Assembly: GCA_963744995.1 (NCBI GenBank)
Contig: CAVUWA010000003.1
Span: forward strand, 155,752 to 219,751
Origin: Candidatus Eiseniibacteriota bacterium
Lineage (GTDB): Bacteria > Eisenbacteria > RBG-16-71-46
Reading direction: 5' to 3'
DNA: 64,000 nt
In this document: one piece after another, positions 1 to 12,679 of the stretch
Layout of the letters: the number at the start of each line of letters is the position of its first letter
Numbering within the stretch: position 1 is the stretch's first letter
The notes under the pieces: generated by a model
Databases searched by the model: none
Seen by the model: only the letters and a program-made list of their open reading frames with translations
Told to the model about the DNA's origin: nothing
Made by a program: the position numbers and the translations under genes

Positions 1-427
1 GGCCGATGAGAATCGACACGCTGTGGCTGCCCAGATTGCTCGCCGCGATGTCGGTGATGCCGTCTTCGTTGAAGTCACCGGTGACGAGCGCCTCCGTCGC
101 GAGGTCGGTCGGCGTGGATGAAGCGAACGAGAACGTCCCGTCGCCCACGCCCGCCGTACCGTTGCCGAGGAACACCGTGATGTTCCCGGCCGCGGCGCCG
201 TTGCCGTAGACGCAGACGATCTCGTCCAGGATGCCGTCGCCGTTGAGATCACGGGCCAGCGTGGTCCTGGGCTGGACGTCGGTGGTGTAGGTCGGGCCGG
301 CGGCGAACAGCTGCGCCGGGTCGCAGAGCGGCGGGCCGGCCGGCCACGCCGGCGCGGCGAGCGCGAAGGTGGCCAGCATGGCGAGCACGCCGGAGAGCAG
401 GCTGTCGGAACGTGCGGAGAGGCGCAT
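1..427 (-). CDS. Secreted FG-GAP/VCBS repeat protein, 5' part (runs off the window start)
   Basis: Manual translation from ATG 427 (GGAGG upstream): signal-peptide-like N-terminus, then DLNGDGILD, VFLGNG..GDGTF and GDFNEDGITDIA motifs. Confidence 0.8.
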   Translation of the reverse strand, partial: MRLSARSDSLLSGVLAMLATFALAAPAWPAGPPLCDPAQLFAAGPTYTTDVQPRTTLARDLNGDGILDEIVCVYGNGAAAGNITVFLGNGTAGVGDGTFSFASSTPTDLATEALVTGDFNEDGITDIAASNLGSHSVSILIG

Positions 428-528
428 GAGAACCTCCAGGAATGGAGCCGGGCAGCGGAGGAGCCGATATTCGCTCCTCTTGCCGAAGTCCGACAACTCC
501 ATTCCCGTGCGCCGTCCCGGCGCCGCCC

Positions 529-1476
529 TCAGCCCCCATCCACCCCGGTGAGTGCGCGGTACATGCTCTCCAGCCAGCGCGCGACCTGCGACGGTTCCCC
601 GTGCCATCGGCTCTGCCACGGCTCCGGCAGACCGGCCGCCTGGATCGCCTCGAGGTCGTCGCCCTTCGCGATCCGCGCGCGCACCTGCGCGAGGGCGGCG
701 CCGTACATGCTCGCGTAGCGCCGGAACTCGGCGAGTCCGGTCACGCCGCCGTGCCCGGTGACGATCCTGACGTCGGCCGGCAGCCGCACGGCGATGCCCT
801 GCAGGGCGAGCTGCATCCCCTCCGCATCGCTCGGCATCGAGAGGATCTCGAAGCCGTGGTAGAGATCGCCGACGTGCACGACCTTCTCTCGCGGGAAGTA
901 GACCACCGCGTCGCCCGCGCTGTGGCCGGGGCCGAAGTGCCAGAGCCGGACCTCCTCGCCGTTCATGAAGATCGACATCGAGTTGTCGAAGACGATCGCC
1001 GGCAGCCCCCGGGGCTCGAGCGCGCGCAGCCCGTCGGGCGCCCACCACGGCTTCTGCGGCGATGCGAGCTTCGTGCGGGTGTTGCGTTGCGCGACGATCA
1101 CCGCCTCGCGTCCGTAGCGCTCGTTGCCGCCGACGTGGTCGCCATGCCAGTGGGTGTCGATCAGGTAGCGCAGCCGGCCGTTGCCGTGCGCGCGGATCGC
1201 CCGCTCGAACACGCGCGCGGCGGCGCTGTCGCAGGTCATCGTGCGCCAGTCGCCGATGTGGTCCACCAGCAGCAGCCCGTCGGGCCCCGAAGAGAGGATC
1301 GCGTTCACGTGCGACGACGCGTCGGTCTTCATGGTGAGGAGCGTGAGCGGGCCACCGAGCGGCGTCTCCTCGACCACCGGCACGAAGGCCGGTCCCGCAT
1401 CCTTCGCGAGCGCCGGAACGACGAGCGCCGGGGTGGCGGCCAGCGCGGCGGCGAGCATCACGAAACGGACGGACAT
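529..1476 (-). CDS. Secreted MBL-fold metallo-hydrolase (cyclase-like)
   Basis: THWHGDHVGGN (HxHxDH), GPGHS and GDL motifs; signal peptide. Confidence 0.88.
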   Translation of the reverse strand: MSVRFVMLAAALAATPALVVPALAKDAGPAFVPVVEETPLGGPLTLLTMKTDASSHVNAILSSGPDGLLLVDHIGDWRTMTCDSAAARVFERAIRAHGNGRLRYLIDTHWHGDHVGGNERYGREAVIVAQRNTRTKLASPQKPWWAPDGLRALEPRGLPAIVFDNSMSIFMNGEEVRLWHFGPGHSAGDAVVYFPREKVVHVGDLYHGFEILSMPSDAEGMQLALQGIAVRLPADVRIVTGHGGVTGLAEFRRYASMYGAALAQVRARIAKGDDLEAIQAAGLPEPWQSRWHGEPSQVARWLESMYRALTGVDGG

Positions 1477-1587
1477 GCGACTCCTTGCCGCCGGCGGGCG
1501 GACGCGTCGAGCGTGCGGGGGCCCGCGGCCGGCCGGCCGCGGGCCCCGATCCTGCCGCAGGTCGCGCGGCGGGCTGTCAGCGAACGA

Positions 1588-3489
1588 TCATTTCCCGGCC
1601 GCCGCCCCCTGCAGGGGACTCACGGCAGGCGCCTCGGTCTCTGCCGCGATGATTCCGGCCTCGAGCCACGCGTAGCGGTCGTCGAGCACGTCGCGGGCGA
1701 CGTCGTAGATCGCCTCGTCGTCGTTCGACGCCAGCGCGCGGAACAGCTGGTCCACCTTGCGCCGCGACGAGCGTGCGAACACGTCGGCGAGTTCGATCGC
1801 GTTGGCATCCGCCGCACCGCGCTTCACGTCGCGCTGCGCGCGCACGCAGGTGGCGGCGATCGCGAACAGCTCGGCCCCGATGTCCACGCAGCGGAACAGC
1901 TGCGCCTGCTTGCGCTCGAGCTTCGGTCCGTTCAGGACCATCAGGTGGAACTGCGCGCGGGCGAGCCGCCGCGAGGTGCGCTCGACCCAGCGCAGGTGCG
2001 TGGCCAGCGCGCCGAACTCGCCGTATTTCGGCCATGCGCCCCAGCCGAACCAGCGGCTCGGGTACCACCACGCGTAGAACAGCCCGGCGCGCACGAACGT
2101 GGACAGCCGGCGGCCCAGCGGCACGTTCGGCATCACCGCGTCGCCCGCGACCTTGAGGTGCACGTCGAGCGCTTCGCGCGCGATGAACAGCCGCATGATC
2201 TGGTTCGATCCTTCGAAGATCCGGTTGATGCGCAGGTCGCGCATCAACCGCTCGAGCGGCACCGGCGCCTCGCCGCGCGAGGCCAGCGAGGCGGCGGTCT
2301 CGTAGCCGCGGCCGCCGCGGACCTGCATCGCGTCGTCGCACACCTGCCAGGCTGCATCGGTGTTCCAGAGCTTGGCGAGCGCGGCCTCCAGGCGGATGTC
2401 CGACCTCCCGGCGTCCGAGAGCAGGGCGCCCAGGTCGCCGATCGCTTCCTGCGCGTAGGTGCGTGCCGCCATGTCGGCGAGCATCTGCGCAACGGCTTCG
2501 TGGCGGCCGACCGGTTTGCCCCACTGCACGCGCTCGTTGGCGAACTGGCGCGCCACGTTCACACACCACTTGCTGGCCGCCGCCATCGTCGCCGGCAGCG
2601 TGAGGCGGCCGGTGTTGAGGGTGACGAGCGCGAGCTTCAGACCCTTCCCCTCGCCCCACAGCAGATAGTCTTTCGGCACGCGCACGTCGTGGAAGCGGAT
2701 CTGCGCGTTCTCGATGCCGCGCAGGCCCATGAATTCGAGCCGGTGCGTGATCTCGACGCCGGGCATGTTGGTCTCGACGATGAACGCGCTGATCGGCCCC
2801 GGCTTGCCGTCCTTGCCGGGCGTGCGCGCCATCACCACGAGTAGCTCGGCGACGGTGCCGTTCGTGCACCAGAGCTTCTCGCCGTTGATCACGTAGCCGT
2901 TGCCGTCGGCGGTCGGGATCGCGGTCGTCGTCATGCGCGCCGGATCGGAACCCACGTCGCTCTCGGTGAGCGCGAACGCGGACACCGCGCCTTTGGCCAG
3001 CCGTGGCAGGAATTTCTTCTTCTGCTCCTCGGTGCCGAACAGCTTGAGCGGCTGCGGCACGCCGATCGACTGGTGCGCGGACAGCAGCGCGGTCAGCGAG
3101 CTGGACACCGTGCCGACCAGCGACATCGCCTTGCCGTAGGTGTACTGCGAGAGGCCGAGTCCGCCGTAGGTTTCGGGGATCTTGATTCCGAACGCGCCGA
3201 TGTCGCGCAGACCCTGGACGACGTGCTCGGGAATGCGGCCGTCGCGCTCGATCAGTTCGGAATCCACCTGCTCGCGCAGGAAGCGCTCGAGCTTCTCGAG
3301 GAACGGCTTCGCGCGCTGCTGTTCCTCGGCATCGGGCTCCGGGAACGGATGGATGAGATCGAGGACGAGACGTCCGAGGAACAGCTCGCGGACGAACGAA
3401 GGCGCCTCCCAGGTCGTCTCGCGCGAGGCTTCCGCAATCGCACGCGCCTCGTTCTCCGAAACTTGGGCCTTTCCGCTGGTCGTGTTCAT
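1588..3489 (-). CDS. Long acyl-CoA dehydrogenase (VLCAD/ACAD9-like)
   Basis: AFALTE..GSD, NGEKLWCTNG, GGRGY and RIFEGSNQI motifs; 633 aa. Confidence 0.93.
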   Translation of the reverse strand: MNTTSGKAQVSENEARAIAEASRETTWEAPSFVRELFLGRLVLDLIHPFPEPDAEEQQRAKPFLEKLERFLREQVDSELIERDGRIPEHVVQGLRDIGAFGIKIPETYGGLGLSQYTYGKAMSLVGTVSSSLTALLSAHQSIGVPQPLKLFGTEEQKKKFLPRLAKGAVSAFALTESDVGSDPARMTTTAIPTADGNGYVINGEKLWCTNGTVAELLVVMARTPGKDGKPGPISAFIVETNMPGVEITHRLEFMGLRGIENAQIRFHDVRVPKDYLLWGEGKGLKLALVTLNTGRLTLPATMAAASKWCVNVARQFANERVQWGKPVGRHEAVAQMLADMAARTYAQEAIGDLGALLSDAGRSDIRLEAALAKLWNTDAAWQVCDDAMQVRGGRGYETAASLASRGEAPVPLERLMRDLRINRIFEGSNQIMRLFIAREALDVHLKVAGDAVMPNVPLGRRLSTFVRAGLFYAWWYPSRWFGWGAWPKYGEFGALATHLRWVERTSRRLARAQFHLMVLNGPKLERKQAQLFRCVDIGAELFAIAATCVRAQRDVKRGAADANAIELADVFARSSRRKVDQLFRALASNDDEAIYDVARDVLDDRYAWLEAGIIAAETEAPAVSPLQGAAAGK

Positions 3490-3630
3490 GGTCCCTCACA
3501 TGGCTTCCGGTTCCGGCGCGGCGAACGAACGCCGGCATCCCGAGCAACGGAACGGCACCGCCGCCCCGGCTGGAGTTATCGGCAGGTTAGCGGCTCGACC
3601 CGAGGGGTGCCAGCGCCGCCCGGAAGAGGG

Positions 3631-4176
3631 TCAGCCCGTGCCGCGCCGCTCCAGCAGCACCAGCACCTGAAACAGCTTCGGCCGGTGCATGAACTTCGTA
3701 TAGTGCCCCGGATACACCTGCCAGCGCCGCACGCGATAACGTCGGCCGAACTCCCACGGGTACCATCCGGAGCGGTGGGTCTCGTAGGGCATGCCGGGAA
3801 TCTCCTGGCGGCGGAAGCCGAACGGCGTCGTCACGAGCACCTGCTTCGCGCGGCGCGTGAGGTCATCCAGCAGCTGCCAGCCCTCGTCCTTCTCGAGGTG
3901 CTCGATCACGTCGATGAACAGCACCAGGTCGTAGTGCGCGGGCTCTCCCGGCAGGATCGCCTCGAGGCGGCGGATGTCGCCGAGGTAGACGTGGTCGTAG
4001 ACCGGGAAGCGCGGCGCGTTCGCGTCGACGGCATCCACGCGCTCGGCGCCCCCGTACTCGCGGGCGAGCAGGCCGTACTTGCCGTAGCCGGCGCCGACGT
4101 CGAGAACGGTCCGCGGCCGGGCGTTCGCGATGACGTCCACGATCTTCGGGATCTGCCAGTGCTCGGAGGTCGGCAT
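3631..4176 (-). CDS. Class I SAM-dependent methyltransferase
   Basis: VLDVGAGYGKYG motif I and DVIEHL; start taken at MPTSEHW. Confidence 0.85.
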   Translation of the reverse strand: MPTSEHWQIPKIVDVIANARPRTVLDVGAGYGKYGLLAREYGGAERVDAVDANAPRFPVYDHVYLGDIRRLEAILPGEPAHYDLVLFIDVIEHLEKDEGWQLLDDLTRRAKQVLVTTPFGFRRQEIPGMPYETHRSGWYPWEFGRRYRVRRWQVYPGHYTKFMHRPKLFQVLVLLERRGTG

Positions 4177-4463
4177 GGGCGGAGAGATTCGCACAGGTCG
4201 CGACCGGTCGACAAAGGTGTCGCCGGTGGGAACGGCGCGCGGGAGGTGTCGTCCGAACCCGCCCCATTTGGACCTTCCCTGTTCCGCCGGCCGGGCGTAG
4301 GTTCCCCGCACCCGCGCAGGTGGTCTTCGCCACGTTGCCGGCCGCACTCGACGAGGCCCGGAAGGCGCACCCTTCTCCTGCCCGTGCGCACGAGCCGCGA
4401 GAGCGCCTGCCGTGAAGCGGAATCCCTGTGTTCTCCGGGCCTCACTCGTTGAAGGAGCCGTGT

Positions 4464-4952
4464 ATGCGAAAGGTTCTGCTGTGCAGTGCCGTGTTCATCC
4501 TGGCGATGGTGGCCATTGCGATCGGCGAGGAAGCGACCGCGCCGGCGCACGTCTTGACGACCCCGTCCGACCTCACCTGGGGCGATCCTCCGCCGATCTT
4601 CGAGAAGGGCGCCTCGTTCACGGTCGTGTCCGGTGATCCCAGTCAGTCAGGCCTCTACGTCGTGCGGATCAAGATGCCGGCCGGCTACAGGATTGCGCCC
4701 CACTGGCACCCGACCGATGAGCACGTGACCGTGCTCTCCGGCAAGTTCGCGCTGGGCATGGGCGAGAAGTTCGACAGGAAGTCCATGAAGGAGCTGCCGG
4801 CCGGCGGATATGCGCTGCTGCCCGCCGAGATGCGCCACTACGCGATGGCCACCACGGAGGCGACGGTGCAGGTGCACGGGATCGGACCGTTCAAGCTGAC
4901 CTACGTGAACCCCGCCGACGATCCCATGCAGCGGGAAAAAGCGAACCCCTAG
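4464..4952 (+). CDS. Secreted cupin-domain protein (DUF4437-like)
   Basis: PHWHPTDEHVTVLSG cupin motif, signal peptide, AAGGAG RBS. Confidence 0.85.
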   Translation: MRKVLLCSAVFILAMVAIAIGEEATAPAHVLTTPSDLTWGDPPPIFEKGASFTVVSGDPSQSGLYVVRIKMPAGYRIAPHWHPTDEHVTVLSGKFALGMGEKFDRKSMKELPAGGYALLPAEMRHYAMATTEATVQVHGIGPFKLTYVNPADDPMQREKANP

Positions 4953-5078
4953 GTCGAATCCAGCGAAACGGCGGCGCGCGGAACCGGGCCCGGTGGCCGG
5001 TCCGCGCGCCGCCGCTCGCACTGGCCCGACGCGTTCCGTGCCGTACGACGCAACCGTGCCGGTGCCGCGACGGTGCCG

Positions 5079-6002
5079 CTATGGCGCGTACCGCACCCAG
5101 CCGGTTCCCTCGCGGTCGAAGCGGAACGCCTCGGGGTGCATGACCTCGGCCGCGATCTCGAGCGTTTCGGCGACGCGCGGCCCGGGCCGATTGAAGTACG
5201 CGTTGCCGTCGCCGATGAACACCCGGCCCTCACGCACGGCGCGCAGCGCGTTCCATTCCGACCGCACATCGAGCACCGGCATTTCCGCTCGGGTGCGCTC
5301 GATGTCGAAGCCGCACGGCGTGACGAGGATCAGATCCGGGTTCGCCTCGGCGAGCGTCGCGAGGTCCAGGTAGGGGGCGCGTGCGAGCCGTCCCTCGAGC
5401 GCGTCTTCGCCTCCCGCCATCCGGATCAGCTCCGGCGTCCAGTGGCCCGCTGCCATCAGCGGCTCGATCCACTCGAGGACGGCCACGCGCACGGCCTGCT
5501 CGAATGCCTGGGCGCGGGCGCCGATCGCCTGCATCCGGCGCCTGAGCTTCGCCACCTCCTGGACACCACGGGCCGAGGCGCCGAGCGCCTCCGCGACCTT
5601 GATGTAGTCACGCCAGATGTCGTCGAGCGTCACCGGGTGCAACGAAACGACGCGCGCCTCGGGCAGCAGCGCACGCGTCGCCTCGAGCACGTCCTTTTCG
5701 CTCACCGCGCACACTTCGCACTGGGTCTGGGTGATGATGACGTCGGGCCGGAGCGCGACCAGCGCGTCTGCGTCCACCGTGTAGACCGACACGCCCTGCT
5801 CGACCAGGGTGCGCACGCTCCGGTCGATGTCGCGCGAGCCGCCGTCGACTGCGAACTTCGGACGCGTGACCTGCGGCAGCCGGCGCACCCACTCCGGATG
5901 GTCGCACTCGTGCGAGCGGCCGACCAGCCATGGGCCGCAGCCCAGCGCGCAGACCATCTCGGTGCTGGAGGCGATCAGGGAAACGATCCGGGGAGAGGCC
6001 AT
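5079..6002 (-). CDS. Cobalamin/iron-type ABC substrate-binding (BtuF/TroA-like) protein
   Basis: RIVSLIASSTE, VGRSHECDHP, LEWIEP and FNRPGPR motifs. Confidence 0.85.
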   Translation of the reverse strand: MASPRIVSLIASSTEMVCALGCGPWLVGRSHECDHPEWVRRLPQVTRPKFAVDGGSRDIDRSVRTLVEQGVSVYTVDADALVALRPDVIITQTQCEVCAVSEKDVLEATRALLPEARVVSLHPVTLDDIWRDYIKVAEALGASARGVQEVAKLRRRMQAIGARAQAFEQAVRVAVLEWIEPLMAAGHWTPELIRMAGGEDALEGRLARAPYLDLATLAEANPDLILVTPCGFDIERTRAEMPVLDVRSEWNALRAVREGRVFIGDGNAYFNRPGPRVAETLEIAAEVMHPEAFRFDREGTGWVRYAP

Positions 6003-6109
6003 CCCGTTCCTCGTGGTCGCGACCCCATCGGGGGACCGCTTGAAATGGAGCGCCGCACGCTGGGATGCTGCCCGGCGCGGGGCGACGACCATCACGGGGA
6101 GAACGGACC

Positions 6110-6835
6110 ATGATCCTGGCCGGCACGAGCGGATACAGCTACAAGGAGTGGAAGGGCTCGTTCTACCCGGAGGATCTCCCGGCCGACGGCATGCTCGCCT
6201 ACTACGCGGGCCGGCTTCCGGCGGTGGAGATCAACAATACGTTCTACCGCCTACCGAAAGAAAAGGTCCTGGAATCCTGGTGCGGGGAGGTCCCGGCGGG
6301 CTTTCGTTTCGCGATCAAGGCCTCGCGACGCATCACCCACATCCGCCGGCTGAAGGGCGCCGAGAGCGAAATGGACTTCCTGCTCGGCAACTTGAAGACC
6401 ATGGGCCCAAAGCTCGGCGCGATCCTGTTCCAGCTGCCGCCCAACCTGAAGGCCGACCCGCCGCGGCTCGAGGCTTTTCTCGGGCTGCTGCCGCCGCGCG
6501 CCCGCGCCGCGTTCGAGTTCCGCAACGCGAGCTGGTTCGACGATGCCGTGTTCGACCTGCTGCGCGCGCGCAACGCGGCGCTCGTGCACGTGGACGCCCA
6601 TGAGGGCGACGAAGAGCGCTCGCCGGGCCCGCTGACCGCGACTGCCGACTGGGGCTATCTGCGGCTGCGGCGGGAAGACTACGACGAGGGGGGCATCGCC
6701 GCCTGGCGCGAACGCATCGAGGCCGCGTCGTGGACGGAGAGCTTCGTGTTCTTCAAGCACGAGACGCTCGGCCCCGAATTCGCGGCGAAGCTGAACGCGG
6801 GGGCCGGGCCGGGACCACGCCCGCGCAGGCGCTGA
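6110..6835 (+). CDS. DUF72 family protein
   Basis: GTSGYSY..W, VEINNTFY, FQLPP, EFRNASW, YLRLR motifs. Confidence 0.92.
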   Translation: MILAGTSGYSYKEWKGSFYPEDLPADGMLAYYAGRLPAVEINNTFYRLPKEKVLESWCGEVPAGFRFAIKASRRITHIRRLKGAESEMDFLLGNLKTMGPKLGAILFQLPPNLKADPPRLEAFLGLLPPRARAAFEFRNASWFDDAVFDLLRARNAALVHVDAHEGDEERSPGPLTATADWGYLRLRREDYDEGGIAAWRERIEAASWTESFVFFKHETLGPEFAAKLNAGAGPGPRPRRR

Positions 6836-6872
6836 CCGCAAGCGGAGCGACCGCCGATGCGGGCGGCTCGCG

Positions 6873-7397
6873 TCACGACGTCGCCGGACCCCGGGAGCGC
6901 ATCCGGTGCATGAGCGTCGACCCCAACGGGTACCAGGCTCCGCCGAGCAGACAGGCGGCCGCAGGCCACGGGGTCAGCCGTCCGGCGGCGATGAACTGCC
7001 ACGTGCCGACCACCGCGATCGGCACGTAGAGCGCAACACCGGTCACGACACCCGGTGAGTAGCGCCTGGTTCGCACCGTCCCCACCACATGGAAGGCGGC
7101 ATTGCCGGCCAGCAACCCGGCGAGTACGAGCCATGCGGCCGGCGCGAACGCCTGCGGAATGAAGCTGCGCAGACCCACACCGCCGATCGTCACGGCACCG
7201 GGGCCGAGCGGCGCCAGAGCCACGCTGACGCACAGGAAGAGCAGGAGCAGGTTGACCCCCACGTGGAGCCTGGGGGTGATGCTCTGCCGGAACGCGGGGC
7301 GATAGATCCGATCCCAGGCCCCGAATCCACCCGGCCAGAAGAATTCCTCGGTGATGTGCAGACACGCCGCCGCGAGCGGCGCCCACCAGATCCACAC
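6873..7397 (-). CDS. HXXEE-domain membrane protein
   Basis: [26 protein letters not shown] start after GGAGG. Confidence 0.85.
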   Translation of the reverse strand: MWIWWAPLAAACLHITEEFFWPGGFGAWDRIYRPAFRQSITPRLHVGVNLLLLFLCVSVALAPLGPGAVTIGGVGLRSFIPQAFAPAAWLVLAGLLAGNAAFHVVGTVRTRRYSPGVVTGVALYVPIAVVGTWQFIAAGRLTPWPAAACLLGGAWYPLGSTLMHRMRSRGPATS

Positions 7398-7688
7398 GCT
7401 GCACCTCCCTCTCTTCTCGTCATCCGAATCCGTTTCGCGCGGGCCGGGCTCTTGCGATCCATTACGCCGCCGCACGGCCCGCGGTTGCAACCGGTCGGAC
7501 CCGCAGCTTCCGAGCCGGGCGAGGCTTGCCGGGCTCGCTCGGCCTCCGCTAAGGTGCGGCGACTTCGCATGCGGCATTCGCTGCGATGGCCTTCCCGCCC
7601 GCCGGCGCCGGGCACCGCCGCCGGGCTCGCGCGGTGCTCCGCGGTCGACCGCGGCCCCACACGACGAACCCGAGGAGAATTCCCTCCC

Positions 7689-9743
<2,055 letters not shown>

Positions 9744-9775
9744 GCGCCGCGCTGTCCGCGCGCGGCGCCGGCGCG

Positions 9776-10084
9776 CTATCCCTTCACCGGACCGCGGTCC
9801 GGGTGCAGCGGGAACATGACGTCGTAGACTTCCGGCCGGACTTCCGTGGCTTCGTACGCCGACGCGATGGTCTTCGCCAGGTCCGACTCGCGATAGGCGG
9901 CGAGTGCCTTCCGATCCTCGAAGAAGTAGATGCCGCACCAGTCGCCCGTCGCCGGGTCGTGTCCGTAGATCTTCTGCACCAGGCCCGGGACCTCGAGGAA
10001 GCGCGGCCGGCGCTCCTCGACCCTGCGCTCCAGCTCCGCCTTGTCGACCTCGGACTTGATGCGCACGAAGAGGATGGAGGCCAT
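9776..10084 (-). CDS. YdhR-like putative monooxygenase (dimeric alpha/beta barrel)
   Basis: VPGLVQKIY and CGIYFFED pattern; 102 aa; AAGGAG RBS. Confidence 0.7.
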   Translation of the reverse strand: MASILFVRIKSEVDKAELERRVEERRPRFLEVPGLVQKIYGHDPATGDWCGIYFFEDRKALAAYRESDLAKTIASAYEATEVRPEVYDVMFPLHPDRGPVKG

Positions 10085-10099
10085 CCGGTGCTCCTTTCA

Positions 10100-10525
10100 T
10101 TAGGGGATGGGGTGTGCGGTCTCGATCTGCGCGCGAGCCGATCCCGCCCGCACCACGATGACGGCGTCCGACATGAACTCGATGGCCGCCGCCCACTGCG
10201 GGTCAGGAGTCTGGCCCGGCGCGAGATCGACGACCCGGTCTTCTGCCCAGTATCCCCACGTGCTCAGGCAGTCGTCCTCGGTGAACGGCAACTCCGCGTC
10301 GCGGGGCAGGAAACGAAACTCGCTGACCTCGCTGAACGCCACGCGTACCGACGCGGGCGAGCCGGCCGGAACCCACTCGTCAGCACGCCGGCGCCAGCTC
10401 AACAGCACTTCACGGCGCTCGACCGAGTACTCAAAGCCCGTGAACTCGAAGTCATTGTGCAGATCCAACGTGAACGGCGGCTGCACGATGTAGATGCTTC
10501 GCTGGATTTCGAAGTCGCGCTTCAT
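10100..10525 (-). CDS. Hypothetical protein
   Basis: 141-aa acidic globular-looking ORF (DLHNDFEF) ending 15 bp before the next gene. Confidence 0.6.
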   Translation of the reverse strand: MKRDFEIQRSIYIVQPPFTLDLHNDFEFTGFEYSVERREVLLSWRRRADEWVPAGSPASVRVAFSEVSEFRFLPRDAELPFTEDDCLSTWGYWAEDRVVDLAPGQTPDPQWAAAIEFMSDAVIVVRAGSARAQIETAHPIP

Positions 10526-10688
10526 GGAATCCCCACTGCTACGCCTGCCGGGCCGCCTCGGGCCCGGGCATGAAAAGCCCCTCCTGCCGCTCAGCTTCCC
10601 GTCGGGACGATCGCGGCCTTCTCGATCATCAGCACGACCGTACGGACCGGCGCGCGCGTCCGGCGCCGGTCTCCGCGCGGCATGCCCC

Positions 10689-11675
10689 TCAGGCGGCTCC
10701 GGCGGATGCTCCGGCGCTCAGGACCAGCTCGCTGAACTTCTCCAGATCGATGTTGCCGCCCGAGACGATCGCGACGATCGGGCCCTTCCCCGCCTTCCCG
10801 GTGAGCGCCGCGGCCAGGGGCAGGGCGCCTGCGCCTTCGCTGATCACGCGCGCCTTCTCGGCCATGAGCCGCATGGCCCGCTTCGTCTCTTCGAGACTCA
10901 CGACGATGCAGCCGTCGAGCACGGGCCGCATCCGCTCCCACATCCGCGGAAAGACGCTCTGACCGCCGGCGCCGTCCACGAAGGAAGCCTTCCACTCCGG
11001 GAAGTTCTGAGGAGAACCCGCGGCCAGCGAGCGCGCCAGCGGCGCCGCCGTTTCGGGCTCGGCGCCCCACACCTTGCACGCCGGGCGCAGAGCCTTGATC
11101 GCGCTGCCGACGCCGGTGACGAGCCCGCCGCCGCCGATGGCAGCGATCACCGCGGCGACATCGGGCGCGTCTTCCAGGATCTCGAGCCCCATGGTCGCGT
11201 GTCCCGCGATGAAGTCGTCGTCGTCGAACGGATGCACGAACGTGCCTTCGACCCCGGGATACGCCCGCGCCTCCAGCGTCTCCCATGCAACGGCATAGGA
11301 CACCAGCGCCAGCCGCGCCCCGAGCGCCCGCATGCGGTCGAGCTTCGATTGCGGCGCCGTCTCGATCGCGACCACCGTGCACGGGACGCCCGCCAGCCGC
11401 GCTGCATAAGCGACCCCCTGCCCCGCGTTGCCCGCGCTGATGGTCCAGACGCCGCGCCTGCGATCCGCGTCCGACAGCCGGGCCACGGCGTTGGCCGCGC
11501 CGCGCAGCTTGTATGCGTTGATGGGCTGCAGGTTCTCGAGCTTGAGGCGCACCTCGGGAAGTCCCGGTCCCAGTTCCAGGCGCACGAGCGGCGTGCGCAC
11601 GATGGTGCCGGCGATGCGTTCGCGCGCGGCTTCAACTTCGGCGATGTCGATGGGGCGGACGGGATCGAGCTTCAT
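10689..11675 (-). CDS. PLP-dependent threonine/serine dehydratase family enzyme
   Basis: KLENLQ..AYKLRGA, SAGNAGQG, GGGGL, SGGNID. Confidence 0.92.
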   Translation of the reverse strand: MKLDPVRPIDIAEVEAARERIAGTIVRTPLVRLELGPGLPEVRLKLENLQPINAYKLRGAANAVARLSDADRRRGVWTISAGNAGQGVAYAARLAGVPCTVVAIETAPQSKLDRMRALGARLALVSYAVAWETLEARAYPGVEGTFVHPFDDDDFIAGHATMGLEILEDAPDVAAVIAAIGGGGLVTGVGSAIKALRPACKVWGAEPETAAPLARSLAAGSPQNFPEWKASFVDGAGGQSVFPRMWERMRPVLDGCIVVSLEETKRAMRLMAEKARVISEGAGALPLAAALTGKAGKGPIVAIVSGGNIDLEKFSELVLSAGASAGAA

Positions 11676-11737
11676 GAGGTCTCCTCGAAGATGAGGCCGG
11701 TACGAGTCCATCGACGGAACGAGTTCAACGGCGCGCT

Positions 11738-12322
11738 TCAGCGCTCTCCCCGCCGCGAGGCCAGCCATTGGAGCACCCGCCCCGCGTCTGCGTCGGACGG
11801 GAAGACCGGATAGAACACTTCTACGATACGTCCCGCCCGGGCGATGATGGTGAGGCGCTTGATGAGCTCCGAACCGGCGAAGACGAAGGTCGGCAGCCGC
11901 AATGCCCGCGCGAAGTCGAGCCTGGCGTCGCTGAGAAGAGCAAACGGCAGGTGGAGCCTTTCGACGGCCTCCGATTGATACGCGGTGTCCTGCGTGCTCA
12001 GCCCGTACACGGTTGCTCCCAGGGCGGCGAGTTCCGCGTGGTGGTCCCGATACGAACAGGACTGCGGCGTGCATCCACGCGCGCCCGGGATGGCGTTCCA
12101 CGCCGCCACCCCGCCGGGCGGGTCCTGATCGGGGCGTCCCGTTCGCGGGTAGCAATAGACCACCAGCCAGGGACGACCTTCCCCGGACAAGTCGACCGTC
12201 GGGCCGGACGTCGAGCTCAGGCCAACCGCCGGAAGCTCCGCTCCGCGAAGGTGATCACATGCGCCGTCATCTTCCGGAACGGGCAACTGCTCGGGAAGGG
12301 AGTGAAGATCGTCTGTCCGCAT
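11738..12322 (-). CDS. Peroxiredoxin (BCP-like)
   Basis: YCYPRTG, PGARGCTPQSC, GLSTQD. Confidence 0.9.
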   Translation of the reverse strand: MRTDDLHSLPEQLPVPEDDGACDHLRGAELPAVGLSSTSGPTVDLSGEGRPWLVVYCYPRTGRPDQDPPGGVAAWNAIPGARGCTPQSCSYRDHHAELAALGATVYGLSTQDTAYQSEAVERLHLPFALLSDARLDFARALRLPTFVFAGSELIKRLTIIARAGRIVEVFYPVFPSDADAGRVLQWLASRRGER

Positions 12323-12679
12323 GGGTGGTCTCACGACGAATGGAGAGCCGGTGTGGCGTGATCGGTGCCCGGCCGGTCCCGGTGGCACCCCGATGATCCG
12401 ATCCGGCCACGTCGAGGGACTCGATCACGGCCCGCACCAGAATGAGAATGAACGAGCGGCCCGCCGGGAGCATGGGCGCCGTCCTTTCGTCGCTGCGCGG
12501 GTCGCGCCAGTGTAGCCAAGGCCATTGCCCGGGAAAAGCAGACCTGCGCGTCGTCCCTCCGTCGACGCCTGCGGGAGTCCGCGCCGGTGGTCGAGACACG
12601 ACCACCCGTGTGGCGGTAGTCGACACCGGACGGGGCCATGCCCCGCGTGATTTCGAAGCCGCGCCCTGGGCGGGGTCCC

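Noticed and set aside
442..2844. Long antisense or alternative-frame ORFs (e.g. 442-2844, 13702-16230, 41752-43950, 52769-54481)
   Set aside because: Shadow ORFs of real genes in high-GC DNA; Arg/Gly/Ala-rich with no motifs.
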